DNA of 64,000 bases from positions 9,402 to 73,401 of the forward strand of contig CACZEL010000004.1 in the NCBI GenBank assembly GCA_902780235.1, in the 5' to 3' direction. Shown piece by piece: positions 35,583-44,638 of the stretch. Positions within the stretch are counted from its first letter, which is position 1, and each line of letters starts with the position of its first letter. Source of the DNA: an uncultured Bacteroidales bacterium. Lineage in GTDB: Bacteria; Bacteroidota; Bacteroidia; Bacteroidales; Paludibacteraceae. A model generated the notes under the pieces. The model did not search any database. It was given only the letters and a program-made list of their open reading frames with translations, and was not told the DNA's origin. The position numbers and the translations under genes were made by a program.

Positions 35583-37166
35583 ATGAGTCGAATTCTGTGG
35601 GTTGACGACGAAGTGGATTTGTTGCAACCGTATATCATTTATCTGAAAAATAAGGGGTACGAGGTCGTTACCGCTTCTAACGGCGAGGATGCGCTTTATT
35701 TAGTCGAAAGTCAAAAGACCGCTTCGCTCAAAGACAAAAGCCATTTTGATATCGTATTCCTTGATGAGAATATGCCGGGAATGAGCGGATTGGAGACGCT
35801 GCAGGAGATCAAGAGGGTTCATCCTGAGTTGCCCGTGGTGATGATCACCAAGTCCGAAGAGGAGCATATCATGGAGCAGGCGATCGGTGAGAAAATAGCC
35901 GATTACCTCATTAAACCGGTGAATCCCAGCCAGATACTGCTGTGTTTGAAGAAGCATATTCATCAGCAGGAGATTGTGACCGAACAGGTGCAGCAGAACT
36001 ACCGTCAGGAATGGAGCGACATCTCCTATATGATCGATACGGCCTCGACGATCGAAGAGTGGCAAGCGATCGAGCGTACGCTGAGCAAATGGGATCTGGA
36101 GTTAGAGAACTCGCCTATGCGTTCGCTCATCGAAGATCAACGCACGCAAGCCAATGCGGCGTTTGCCAAGTGGGTGGCACGAAACTACGAGGATATAGTC
36201 GAAAGAAAAAAGACCGCTTCGCTCAAAGATGAAAGCCTTGTCATGTCGCAGGACGTGATGAAACATGCCGTATTTCCATTGCTGGACAAGGGGGAGAAGG
36301 TGCTGCTATGCGTGATTGATAATTTCCGTTATGACCAATGGAAGACCATCCAACCGCTTATCAGTGAGTTCTACACGATTCGTCATGAAGAGCAATATAC
36401 CTCGATTTTGCCGACGGCCACGCAGTACGCGCGCAATGCCATTTTCTCAGGTTTGCTACCGCTGCAGATCAAGGAGATGTATCCGCAATATTGGGTAGAA
36501 GAAGGGGACGAAGAGACCAAGAACCAATACGAGAAAGAGTTGGTTCAGACCCTGCTCGATCGGTATCGCAGGCGGGAGAGTTTCAACTATTGGAAGATCA
36601 ACGAGAGTGATTTCTGCGAGCGTGTGATCGGGCAACTCAAAGGCGTTCAGGCGCCGCTGAACATCGTGGTGCTGAACTTTATTGATATGCTGAGCCATTC
36701 GCGGACGGAGAGCAAGATGATGCGAGAGTTGGCGAACGATGAAGCCGCGTATAGAAGCTTGACTCTCAGTTGGTTCCGGCATTCGCCGACGTATGAGTTA
36801 CTGCGTCGCGCGGCCGAGTTGGGATTCACGCTCGTGCTGACGACCGACCATGGTACGACACGCGTGAAGAACGCCGTACAGATCATCGCCGATAAGAATA
36901 CAAACACCAATATCCGATACAAAGTAGGCAAAGCGCTGAACTGCAATTCGAAGAACGTGTTCTTCATCGAGCAACCCAAGCGGGTGGGTCTACCCTGCCC
37001 GAACGTGAGCAGCAGTTATGCCTTCTGCGCCGGCAGCGATTTCTTCGCGTACCCGAATCAATTTAATTATTACGCGCAATATTACCGCAACACGTTCCAA
37101 CACGGCGGTATTTCGCTGGAGGAGATGATAATTCCTTTGGTGACTTTGGAGCCAAAGTCACGTTAA
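35583..37166 (+). CDS. porX: PorX-type response regulator (CheY receiver plus PglZ/alkaline-phosphatase-like domain)
   Basis: MSRILWVDDE..., ..FLDENMPGMSGLE.., ..ADYLIKPV.., and a C-terminal ..TDHGT.. PglZ-like region. Confidence 0.85.
   Translation: MSRILWVDDEVDLLQPYIIYLKNKGYEVVTASNGEDALYLVESQKTASLKDKSHFDIVFLDENMPGMSGLETLQEIKRVHPELPVVMITKSEEEHIMEQAIGEKIADYLIKPVNPSQILLCLKKHIHQQEIVTEQVQQNYRQEWSDISYMIDTASTIEEWQAIERTLSKWDLELENSPMRSLIEDQRTQANAAFAKWVARNYEDIVERKKTASLKDESLVMSQDVMKHAVFPLLDKGEKVLLCVIDNFRYDQWKTIQPLISEFYTIRHEEQYTSILPTATQYARNAIFSGLLPLQIKEMYPQYWVEEGDEETKNQYEKELVQTLLDRYRRRESFNYWKINESDFCERVIGQLKGVQAPLNIVVLNFIDMLSHSRTESKMMRELANDEAAYRSLTLSWFRHSPTYELLRRAAELGFTLVLTTDHGTTRVKNAVQIIADKNTNTNIRYKVGKALNCNSKNVFFIEQPKRVGLPCPNVSSSYAFCAGSDFFAYPNQFNYYAQYYRNTFQHGGISLEEMIIPLVTLEPKSR
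35702..35742. repeat. 41-nt in-frame insertion in porX, copy 1
   Basis: AGTCGAAAGTCAAAAGACCGCTTCGCTCAAAGACAAAAGCC encodes ..ESQKTASLKDKSH.. . Confidence 0.9.
36197..36237. repeat. 41-nt in-frame insertion in porX, copy 2
   Basis: AGTCGAAAGAAAAAAGACCGCTTCGCTCAAAGATGAAAGCC encodes ..ERKKTASLKDESL.. . Confidence 0.9.
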
Positions 37167-37214
37167 ACAGTTAAGATGGTTTTACTGCGTAAAACGTTAA
37201 AAAGTTAAAATGGT
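37162..37214. repeat. Direct repeat pair with a central hairpin
   Basis: CGTTAAACAGTTAAGATGG .. GTTTTACTGCGTAAAAC .. CGTTAAAAAGTTAAAATGG. Confidence 0.6.
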
Positions 37215-37226
37215 GCTTCGCACGTT

Positions 37227-38030
37227 ATGTTCGATTTTATTCTTATAGCGATCAGTGTCCTGACGTGGAATACGGCGCGGATGGATTTTAAGCACAAGCC
37301 GGCAGAGAACGCTGTGCTGCAGTACCTGCTGACGCAGGATGCGGATGTGGTATGTCTGCAGGAGGTAGATGTGTATAAGGACGGGAAGTACCTGACTTTG
37401 CCGGACGTGAAACAATGTATGGGGCAGAAATATCCGTACTCGTATCTGGATTTCTCGGTCTATAACAGCCGGCATCAGTACGGCACGATGGTGTGGTCCA
37501 AATATCCGCTGATCAACAAGCAGAGCATCCATTATCAATCGCGAGGCAATCTGTCCAATCGATGCGACATCGTAGTAGGCAAGGACACGTTCCGATTGAT
37601 CAACAATCATTTAGAGTCGTATAGTTTCACGCCGGAAGACATCGCGGAAGCCGAAAAACAACGAAATTACGAAGGTATCCTCTCGTCGCTCAAACGGCTC
37701 AAAGCCAAATGGGAGAAAGCGGTGCCCTTACGCAACGAGCAAGCTAAGATCGTTCGTACGGAGATTGAGGCAAGTCCTTATCCTGTGATCGTGGTGGGTG
37801 ATTTCAATGCGCCGGCATGGAGTTTTGCTTATCAGCATATATCTGCCGGGCTGCATGATGCATGGAACAGCGTACATCCGTGGCAGATGGGCTTTACCGT
37901 AGAGAAACGCGGTTTGGGACTTCGAATCGATTATATCCTTTGTTCGGATCCTTTAGTTCCTGCCAAATGCGCGGTCTCTTCTTCCCATAGTTCCGACCAC
38001 AAACCCGTCATCGCCACTTTGGCATGGTGA
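37227..38030 (+). CDS. Endonuclease/exonuclease/phosphatase (EEP) family protein
   Basis: ..LTWNTA.., ..DVVCLQEV.., ..VVGDFN.., ..SDHKPV.. . Confidence 0.8.
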   Translation: MFDFILIAISVLTWNTARMDFKHKPAENAVLQYLLTQDADVVCLQEVDVYKDGKYLTLPDVKQCMGQKYPYSYLDFSVYNSRHQYGTMVWSKYPLINKQSIHYQSRGNLSNRCDIVVGKDTFRLINNHLESYSFTPEDIAEAEKQRNYEGILSSLKRLKAKWEKAVPLRNEQAKIVRTEIEASPYPVIVVGDFNAPAWSFAYQHISAGLHDAWNSVHPWQMGFTVEKRGLGLRIDYILCSDPLVPAKCAVSSSHSSDHKPVIATLAW

Positions 38031-38032
38031 GG

Positions 38033-39961
38033 TCATTTGACCCAACGCATGCAGAGCGGCGGAATCGTGACCGCCATCAGCAGAACGATGGCCATGCCGA
38101 TGAGGGTGACCGCACCCAACGAATGCATGGCGGGATGCACTGCGAAGATAAGGATTCCAATACCAATCAACATAATTAGCGCCGACAAAAGGATCGATTG
38201 CCGATATTGCGGCAGGATCTGTTTGCCGGTTCTTCGTTCGTACAGAAGCCCTTCCACAATGAAGATGGTATAGTCGTCTCCTTGCCCGAAAATGAAGGTA
38301 GCAAGGATGATATTGACTATGTTAAACTGCAAGTGGCAGAGTTGCATGATAGCCAGTATCCAAACCCAACTCAGCGCCATCGGCAGGAAAGCGATGAGCG
38401 CCAAAGAGAAACGCTTGAACGCCAGCCACAGGAAGACGAAGACGATGAGCGAGCAGACGAGACCGATATAATCGAACTCCGCGCTGAGACGCTCGGCAAC
38501 CTTGGACATGAGGGAGCTGACGCTATTGGCTATTGGCTCTTGGCTATTAGCTCTTAGTTTCTCATAGAACGGTTCGAAAGCATCTGGACGAAAACCGACG
38601 GCTTCGGCTTCTTCGCGGATGAGGGATATGAGCTCTTGGCTGTTGGCTATTGCAGGTCTGACCTGGCTATTGGCTATGGGCTCTTGACTATTGGCTATTG
38701 GCTCGAAGAGGGCCATGTCGGCGCGTTGCTCGTCGGTCATGAAGTTGATATGCGTCAAGTTGGCATCAAACCGGTCTTGCGGACGAAACCAGAGATACAA
38801 TCCTCCGATAAGAGTAAGGGCGAGAATAGTCCATTGACTGACAGCTATTAGCTTTTGGCTCTTGGCTATTGGCTTGATTTTGATCTCTCTTATCGGCGTG
38901 GGTTCGGCGGACATGAGATGAGGCAGAACGAAGACGCAGAAGAGGATCGTTCCGACCAACATGGCAGCCGCAAAGATACCGAGGTGACGGAGGGCGGTGG
39001 CATGCATGGGGATAAGCGCCATGAACGCACCGACGGTCGTGATATTGCCTACGATAAGGGGTGAGAGTACTTCATCCAATGTTTGCCGCACGGAGGTCGT
39101 ATAGCGCTGATGTACAAGCAGATGCAGCGGGTAATTGACGGCGATACCGATCAGGACACTACCGATACCCAGCACAACGGCGGAGACGGTAGGCGTGACG
39201 ATATGTAAGACGGCCATACCCATTAACCAACCGACAGAAACCGACAAGAGGATGAGCCACCAGTCTCTGCGACGCGGGAAAGCGTAAGCAAGAAGCAAGA
39301 TGATCAATACCGCCGAAAGAGAGATACAAAGGAGCGTGTCGGTCTTGATTCGACGTGCGTTACCTACGGCAATCACAGGACCTCCCGTCCAGCGTATCAG
39401 CAGATTCGGATAAAGAAGCGCCACCTCGTTCGTGATAGCCGTCAGCGAATCCACGAGAGCCGCGTTTTGCTTGGTTTCCGTACTGCCATATGGAGAATCG
39501 ATATACGCAAAGCTTTTATTAGTTGAAAGTTGAAAGTTGAAAGTTGAAAGGTCGATTAAACCCAAGGGATCTTGTTGGATGAGGGGGGCTAAGGCTGAAC
39601 CGCCGGGCGTAGAGAGGATGGCTTTATCGCGTAAGAGGGCGGCATGAACTGCTTCGCGCGTAAGGAGAGAATCGGGAATGTTGAAAGGTGAAAGGTGAAA
39701 GGTGAAAGGTGAAAGGTCGGATAAGGTGAAAGTGGATAGTGGATAGTGGATAGTGGAAAGACGATCTTCGATCGTATAGAGGGCATCTTCCCGTTCGTAC
39801 TCCTCTTCACCCTCGATGATCAGCACGATGCGCGCAGCCGATTGCTGGGCTTGCAGGCTGTCGATGGCTTGGCGCTCCTCCGCAGTGATCGGCAGAAAAT
39901 CCATGATGTCTTCGTCGTAACGCAAAGTAGCAGCCAAAGCGATGAGGATGCTCATCACCAC
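38033..39961 (-). CDS. MMPL/RND-like exporter (ApeM-like)
   Basis: Two clusters of TM helices. The conserved N-terminus (..ILLHIYDFFASHRAWLWIG..) lies upstream of GTG 39961 with no canonical start codon. Five repeat insertions are present. Confidence 0.7.
   Translation of the reverse strand: MVMSILIALAATLRYDEDIMDFLPITAEERQAIDSLQAQQSAARIVLIIEGEEEYEREDALYTIEDRLSTIHYPLSTFTLSDLSPFTFHLSPFNIPDSLLTREAVHAALLRDKAILSTPGGSALAPLIQQDPLGLIDLSTFNFQLSTNKSFAYIDSPYGSTETKQNAALVDSLTAITNEVALLYPNLLIRWTGGPVIAVGNARRIKTDTLLCISLSAVLIILLLAYAFPRRRDWWLILLSVSVGWLMGMAVLHIVTPTVSAVVLGIGSVLIGIAVNYPLHLLVHQRYTTSVRQTLDEVLSPLIVGNITTVGAFMALIPMHATALRHLGIFAAAMLVGTILFCVFVLPHLMSAEPTPIREIKIKPIAKSQKLIAVSQWTILALTLIGGLYLWFRPQDRFDANLTHINFMTDEQRADMALFEPIANSQEPIANSQVRPAIANSQELISLIREEAEAVGFRPDAFEPFYEKLRANSQEPIANSVSSLMSKVAERLSAEFDYIGLVCSLIVFVFLWLAFKRFSLALIAFLPMALSWVWILAIMQLCHLQFNIVNIILATFIFGQGDDYTIFIVEGLLYERRTGKQILPQYRQSILLSALIMLIGIGILIFAVHPAMHSLGAVTLIGMAIVLLMAVTIPPLCMRWVK
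38522..38557. repeat. In-frame heptamer block in the exporter
   Basis: GCTATTGGCTATTGGCTCTTGGCTATTAGCTCTTAG encodes ..RANSQEPIANS.. . Confidence 0.9.
38631..38705. repeat. In-frame repeat-core-repeat block in the exporter
   Basis: ..CTCTTGGCTGTTGGCTATTGC-AGGTCTGACCT-GGCTATTGGCTATGGGCTCTTGACTATTGGCTATTGGCTC encodes EPIANSQEPIANSQVRPAIANSQEL. Confidence 0.9.
38841..38875. repeat. In-frame heptamer block in the exporter
   Basis: ACAGCTATTAGCTTTTGGCTCTTGGCTATTGGCTT encodes ..KPIAKSQKLIAVS.. . Confidence 0.85.
39521..39552. repeat. In-frame heptamer block in the exporter
   Basis: AGTTGAA x4 encodes ..LSTFNFQLSTN.. . Confidence 0.9.
39680..39760. repeat. In-frame compound block in the exporter
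   Basis: GAAAGGT x5 followed by GGATAGT x3 encodes ..STIHYPLSTFTLSDLSPFTFHLSPFN.. . Confidence 0.9.
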
Positions 39962-40024
39962 AGCGCACCCGATCCACAGCCAAGCGCGGTGGGAGGCAAA
40001 GAAATCGTAAATATGTAATAAGAT

Positions 40025-40056
40025 AGTTTTCAGTGGTCAGTATTCAGTTTTCAGCG
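40025..40056. repeat. Block at the ligase/exporter junction
   Basis: AGTTTTCAGTGGTCAGTATTCAGTTTTCAGCG. Confidence 0.8.
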
Positions 40057-41373
40057 TTCGTCTATAAACTTAACGGGTTTACGACTTTTGGCAGGGAAAT
40101 TGATCTGCTGGATCACATCGGCAGGTAGAATCTCGACGATAGGCGCCACACGCAGACGCGAACGGAAATGGTCCTTGAGTTGTTTGATCGCTTCCTCGGG
40201 TTGGATGCTCTTATCGCGCAGGCTGATACGAACGATGACTTCGTCGGTACCGGCATCTGAATGACGCACTACCACCACATAATTGCCGACAAAAAGGGTG
40301 TTATCCAGCACATCATTGATAGCCGGCGGATAGATGGTCGTTCCTTTCAGTTTGATCATGTTATGTTTCCGTCCGATGAGCGGCGTAAGACGATACGAGT
40401 TCCGTCCGCATGCGCAAGGATCGGTCACCTTAGCCGCTATGTCACCTGTACGGAAACGGATAAGCGGCATGCCTTCTACGCCAAGGGTTGTGATGACGAT
40501 CTCTCCGGGTTGACCGTCCGGAACGGGTTGGTCATCCTCTCCGATGATCTCCACGATGATCAGTTCGGGGTGTACATGCCCGCCGCACGCGTGCTCACAC
40601 TCAGAGAAAGTAGCGGACATCTCGGTGGACGAATACGTAGCGTAGAGTTCCACTTCCGGCCATTTGTCATGGATCCGCTGACCGAGCAGGTTGAGGTTAA
40701 ACTGCTGATCGCGCAGTCCTTCACCGATACCGATGATCTTACGAATCGACGAATGGCGATAATCGATGTTATGCTGCTCAGCGTACTCGATGAGACGCAG
40801 GATGAAAGATGGCACGCACATGATGGCCGTCGGGTGCAGACGTTGGATCGTGTCCCACTGCAGTTCGGGGATACCGTTCCCCACACGAATGATGCTCGCG
40901 CCCATGCGACGGATACCCATCCAGTAAGCGAGACCCGCCATGAAACGTTTGTCCATCGTGGTCATGAGTTGAAGGATATCGCCTTTGTGTAAGCCGGCGC
41001 AAGCAAAGGACTTATGCTCGTTGTACGCCAAACGCTGCAGGTCCGATTCGGTACAACCGAACAAGACGGGTTCGCCGAGCGTACCCGACGTAGTGATATA
41101 ATCAATGATCTCCTCTTTGGGCACGCACAAAAAATCATCGTTGAAACGTTGCAAGTCCGCTTTCTCGGTGAAAGGCAGTCGCTGCAAATCCTCGATGGTG
41201 CGTATGGACGCAGGATCGATATGCTGCTCGGCAAACATCCGCTGGTAATAGGGCGAGTGTTCGGCTACATACGCGATCTGTTTGGTTAACGCTACTTCTT
41301 GAAAGTCGCGAATACGTTCTATTGATTCAAATTCGATATCCATTGTAGAAATTCGTTTTTCCATTGTCTGCAT
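40051..41373 (-). CDS. Phenylacetate-CoA ligase / coenzyme F390 synthetase family adenylating enzyme (ApeH-like)
   Basis: ..ITTSGTLGEPV.. (AMP motif), ..YSSTE.., ..FRTGD.. . Confidence 0.8.
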   Translation of the reverse strand: MQTMEKRISTMDIEFESIERIRDFQEVALTKQIAYVAEHSPYYQRMFAEQHIDPASIRTIEDLQRLPFTEKADLQRFNDDFLCVPKEEIIDYITTSGTLGEPVLFGCTESDLQRLAYNEHKSFACAGLHKGDILQLMTTMDKRFMAGLAYWMGIRRMGASIIRVGNGIPELQWDTIQRLHPTAIMCVPSFILRLIEYAEQHNIDYRHSSIRKIIGIGEGLRDQQFNLNLLGQRIHDKWPEVELYATYSSTEMSATFSECEHACGGHVHPELIIVEIIGEDDQPVPDGQPGEIVITTLGVEGMPLIRFRTGDIAAKVTDPCACGRNSYRLTPLIGRKHNMIKLKGTTIYPPAINDVLDNTLFVGNYVVVVRHSDAGTDEVIVRISLRDKSIQPEEAIKQLKDHFRSRLRVAPIVEILPADVIQQINFPAKSRKPVKFIDER

Positions 41374-42143
41374 TCTTCTGTTCCTTTAACCTCTGACGCA
41401 CCGAATCCATGTCCGCCGGTTTGGTACTGGATATACACATGCGGTACGGCATGGGCAGTAAGCGCGGAGTCGAGTAACTCAGAGTTCTGATATTTGACGA
41501 TCGGGTCATCCTGACAGTTGATCAGGAAGACCGGCGGACAATCGTCCGGTATATGTTTCTCGATCGAGAGCGAGTCCCGTTTGGTGCGGTTAAACTGTCC
41601 CCACACGCCCAAAGCGCCACGACGCGAGCGATGATGGGTGTATTTCTTATGACTCATCGTCACGACCGGATAGACAGGGCAGAGGAAAGAGGGTTTGTAT
41701 TCCGTTCGGTTATGGGTATAGGACATCATCGTGAGATGCCCTCCGGCCGAGAAACCCATCACGCCTATGCGCGCGCGATCAATATGTAAGGAGTCGGCAA
41801 GGGTATAGACATACTGCAGTGCCTGCTCGACATCCGTAAGCATATTGGGGTATTTATTGCCCAAACCGATGACGCGGTAGCCGATACAGAAGGCGCTGAT
41901 GTTCGCCACCCGGTACTTGAGCACGAAAGCATGGATACCTTGACTGCTCAACCACTCCGCCACTTCGCGTCCCTCGTGCTCCATGTCATGCCAGCAGTAA
42001 CTTCCACCCGGACAGACGATGATCGCCATACCTGTGTTACGCGTACTATCGGCGGGATAATACGTAAGACGTTGGCTTTTGGCTGTTAGCTGTTGGCAAA
42101 CGGCTATTAGCAGGAGAAGTATCAGTATTCGAAATCTTCGCAT
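41319..42143 (-). CDS. Secreted alpha/beta hydrolase (esterase/lipase-like)
   Basis: Signal-like MRRFRILILLLLIAV and nucleophile elbow GFSAGGH. Start set to ATG 42143. Confidence 0.75.
   Translation of the reverse strand: MRRFRILILLLLIAVCQQLTAKSQRLTYYPADSTRNTGMAIIVCPGGSYCWHDMEHEGREVAEWLSSQGIHAFVLKYRVANISAFCIGYRVIGLGNKYPNMLTDVEQALQYVYTLADSLHIDRARIGVMGFSAGGHLTMMSYTHNRTEYKPSFLCPVYPVVTMSHKKYTHHRSRRGALGVWGQFNRTKRDSLSIEKHIPDDCPPVFLINCQDDPIVKYQNSELLDSALTAHAVPHVYIQYQTGGHGFGASEVKGTEECRQWKNEFLQWISNLNQ
42071..42111. repeat. In-frame heptamer block in the hydrolase signal-peptide region
   Basis: GTTGGCTTTTGGCTGTTAGCTGTTGGCAAACGGCTATTAGC encodes ..LLIAVCQQLTAKSQRL.. . Confidence 0.85.
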
Positions 42144-44638
42144 AGGGCTTGAACTGTTTGTTGAGCGGTCATGACGACACCGCATAGACCGTGTAAGAAA
42201 ATATTCTGTCCCGAGAGATAGAATCCCTTGAGGCGGGTTCGCACCGATCCGACGGATTCGGACATACCGAACATCGCTCCTTCGGGCGAGAGATAATCAT
42301 CCCGATAGGTGAGCGAAGTGGAGGAGAAGATATCCTCCATCTGCGTCCGTATATCGGGGTAAATTTGTTCGATGAGATCGAGGGTTTTCTGCTCCTGAGT
42401 ATGCTTGAACGCTTCGTAAGCCGCATAGTCGTTCTTGCGGTTCTCATGCCAAGGTGCCAACTCATTATAATCGAGCGGCATGACCGTTTCAATCGTGCGT
42501 GCAAACGACTGATTCTTGGTCGCACAAGGCGTCATGACGAGAAGGTTGTGCTTCGGCATAAAATGTGTGACCGGATCGTAAGGCAGCGTATCGGGTTTGA
42601 GCCGGATATAGGTCTTGAACGAACCCAAGGTCTCCGGAGTAGAAAGGATACGATTGCGGGCGATGGTGCGGAAAAGCGGCAAGTCAGTCAGCCTCAGCAG
42701 TTGCTTGGGATGAAGAGTCGAGACGACCGTATCGAATTGATGATTGATAATTGATGATTGATGATTTGTGATTTGGAATTTGTCTCCTTCTCCCTTTAAG
42801 CCACTCACCTTTTGACCTGTCAAGATACGACCACCGTGGCGGGTGATGAAGAGGGCGAGATCATCGGCAAGTTGTTGCGAACCGCCCACAAAACGGTATA
42901 TACCTTGGTCACATTGCGCCCATTCGGCTTCGCCGATGAGCGATGCCGGCGCATGATCAACCGAAGTAGGCACGATGTTTGCTTCGATACCTAACGACTG
43001 CAGCACGTGCGTCACTGCCCCTTCCGGATGCAGACCGGAGAGGATATGCATGCCGGTGAGCCAGGTCTCGCCGTTGCGTTCATACGAATAGAGTCCGCCG
43101 CCATAAACAGGCAGTTGTTCGAATAGCGTCACCAGATAACCTTTTTGCGCCAAGAGAGCACCGCAAAAAAGCCCGGAAACACCGGCACCAAGGATAGCTA
43201 CAGAACGTCGGTTGGAATGCAGCAAGGCATCATAATGCATCTCCAGCGATTTGGTTTGTTTCTTATAGTTACGCCCGAAAGAAGCATCGTCGCAGGAAAT
43301 AGGAGGCAGGATATGCATGACGACATGCGCCGGCTTGAGAGCAAACTGCTTGCGCGAGATATAATCGCAAAGGCCCTCCAAAAGCAGAGGTTGGATCGGC
43401 AGATGAAGCAACCGCGCATAATAGGCTGCCCCACGATGGAAACGCCCGATCTCACCGGTCGCGGTACGTGTACCTTCGGGGAAAAGCATGATCGAGTACC
43501 CTTCTTCGGTCACCCGACGGATGAGCGTCTCTTTGGCAGCATCGTCCATGGAGAGCGGGAAGCAGTCCAACTTACGCGCCACGACATGGAAAATCGGGTT
43601 GTACCAGATATAATCTTTAACCATGATCGCCACCTTCGCCGTCTGCGAGAGGATGAGCATGATGTCAATATGCGACTGATGGTTGGCGATAATCACCGAC
43701 GGTTGGGCTCCCAATTCGATTTGATAGGGATTATCGATCGTGTAATGCAAGCCGGCCAAGAGACGACAGTAATGGTTCGCCAGACGCTGCATACGTCGGC
43801 GATAGATGGCCCTACTCCGCGCGTTCTCACCATGGATAGCGAAATAGATCAGCGTATAAGGCGTGACGCCAAACAGCATCGTCAAACCGAAATAGGCGAA
43901 GCAAACGACCGTACGCCAATACATATTGATATAGCCGAACAGCAAGGCACCGAGGCACAGGAAGCAGTTGAGGATCGAGATACGCGTGAAATCCCGAACC
44001 GGCCGAAAATGACTGACCCGCTGCTCCTTAGGCGGATAATAGACCCGAATAGGAACCGGTATCAAAGGCACGTTATGCCATGCGGCGAAAACGAGCAGTT
44101 CCAGTTCCGCTTCGTACCGGCTGGTAAGCAGAGGCAGACCGTACAATTGATGCAAAGGATAGATACGCATGCCCGTCTGGGTGTCCGGCAGATTGATCGT
44201 CGTTTGCAAACGGAACCAGAAATTCGAGAACCGGTTGGCAAACTTACTCTTACCCGACATGTTCTCATCCGTAAACTGCCGGCTACCGACGATGATCGCT
44301 TCGCGATGCAGATCCAGCGCACGCAGCATGAGGGGTATATCTTCGGGATAATGCTGTCCGTCGGCATCGATGGTCAGGGCATGGGTAAAACCCATCTCGA
44401 GCGCTTTATAAAAACCCGAAACGAGTGCTTTGCCTTTGCCTTGGTTACGCGTATGAGAGACGATGGTGACCGGAAAATCAAGCGTACCTAACAAAGCCAA
44501 GGTATCGTCTGTGCAACCGTCATCCACGACGATGATATCGCGTACCTGCTGATGCACGCGACGAACGACGTCAAGGATCGTACCGGCGTTATTGAAGGTC
44601 GGTATCAGGACACATATATGTGACGATGAAGGACGCAT
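42122..44638 (-). CDS. Three-domain fusion: GT2 glycosyltransferase, LPLAT (PlsC-like) acyltransferase and FAD-dependent (CrtI-like) oxidoreductase
   Basis: N-terminus ICVLIPTFNNAG..VVDDGCTDDT..DADGQH. Middle ANHQSHIDI (HX4D) and FPEGTRT. C-terminus VAILGAGVSGLFCGALLAQKGYLVTLFEQ..YGGG (Rossmann). Confidence 0.8.
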   Translation of the reverse strand: MRPSSSHICVLIPTFNNAGTILDVVRRVHQQVRDIIVVDDGCTDDTLALLGTLDFPVTIVSHTRNQGKGKALVSGFYKALEMGFTHALTIDADGQHYPEDIPLMLRALDLHREAIIVGSRQFTDENMSGKSKFANRFSNFWFRLQTTINLPDTQTGMRIYPLHQLYGLPLLTSRYEAELELLVFAAWHNVPLIPVPIRVYYPPKEQRVSHFRPVRDFTRISILNCFLCLGALLFGYINMYWRTVVCFAYFGLTMLFGVTPYTLIYFAIHGENARSRAIYRRRMQRLANHYCRLLAGLHYTIDNPYQIELGAQPSVIIANHQSHIDIMLILSQTAKVAIMVKDYIWYNPIFHVVARKLDCFPLSMDDAAKETLIRRVTEEGYSIMLFPEGTRTATGEIGRFHRGAAYYARLLHLPIQPLLLEGLCDYISRKQFALKPAHVVMHILPPISCDDASFGRNYKKQTKSLEMHYDALLHSNRRSVAILGAGVSGLFCGALLAQKGYLVTLFEQLPVYGGGLYSYERNGETWLTGMHILSGLHPEGAVTHVLQSLGIEANIVPTSVDHAPASLIGEAEWAQCDQGIYRFVGGSQQLADDLALFITRHGGRILTGQKVSGLKGEGDKFQITNHQSSIINHQFDTVVSTLHPKQLLRLTDLPLFRTIARNRILSTPETLGSFKTYIRLKPDTLPYDPVTHFMPKHNLLVMTPCATKNQSFARTIETVMPLDYNELAPWHENRKNDYAAYEAFKHTQEQKTLDLIEQIYPDIRTQMEDIFSSTSLTYRDDYLSPEGAMFGMSESVGSVRTRLKGFYLSGQNIFLHGLCGVVMTAQQTVQALCEDFEY
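42736..42776. repeat. In-frame block in the oxidoreductase domain
   Basis: ATTGATGATTGATAATTGATGATTGATGATTTGTGATTTGG encodes ..FQITNHQSSIINHQF.. . Confidence 0.9.
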
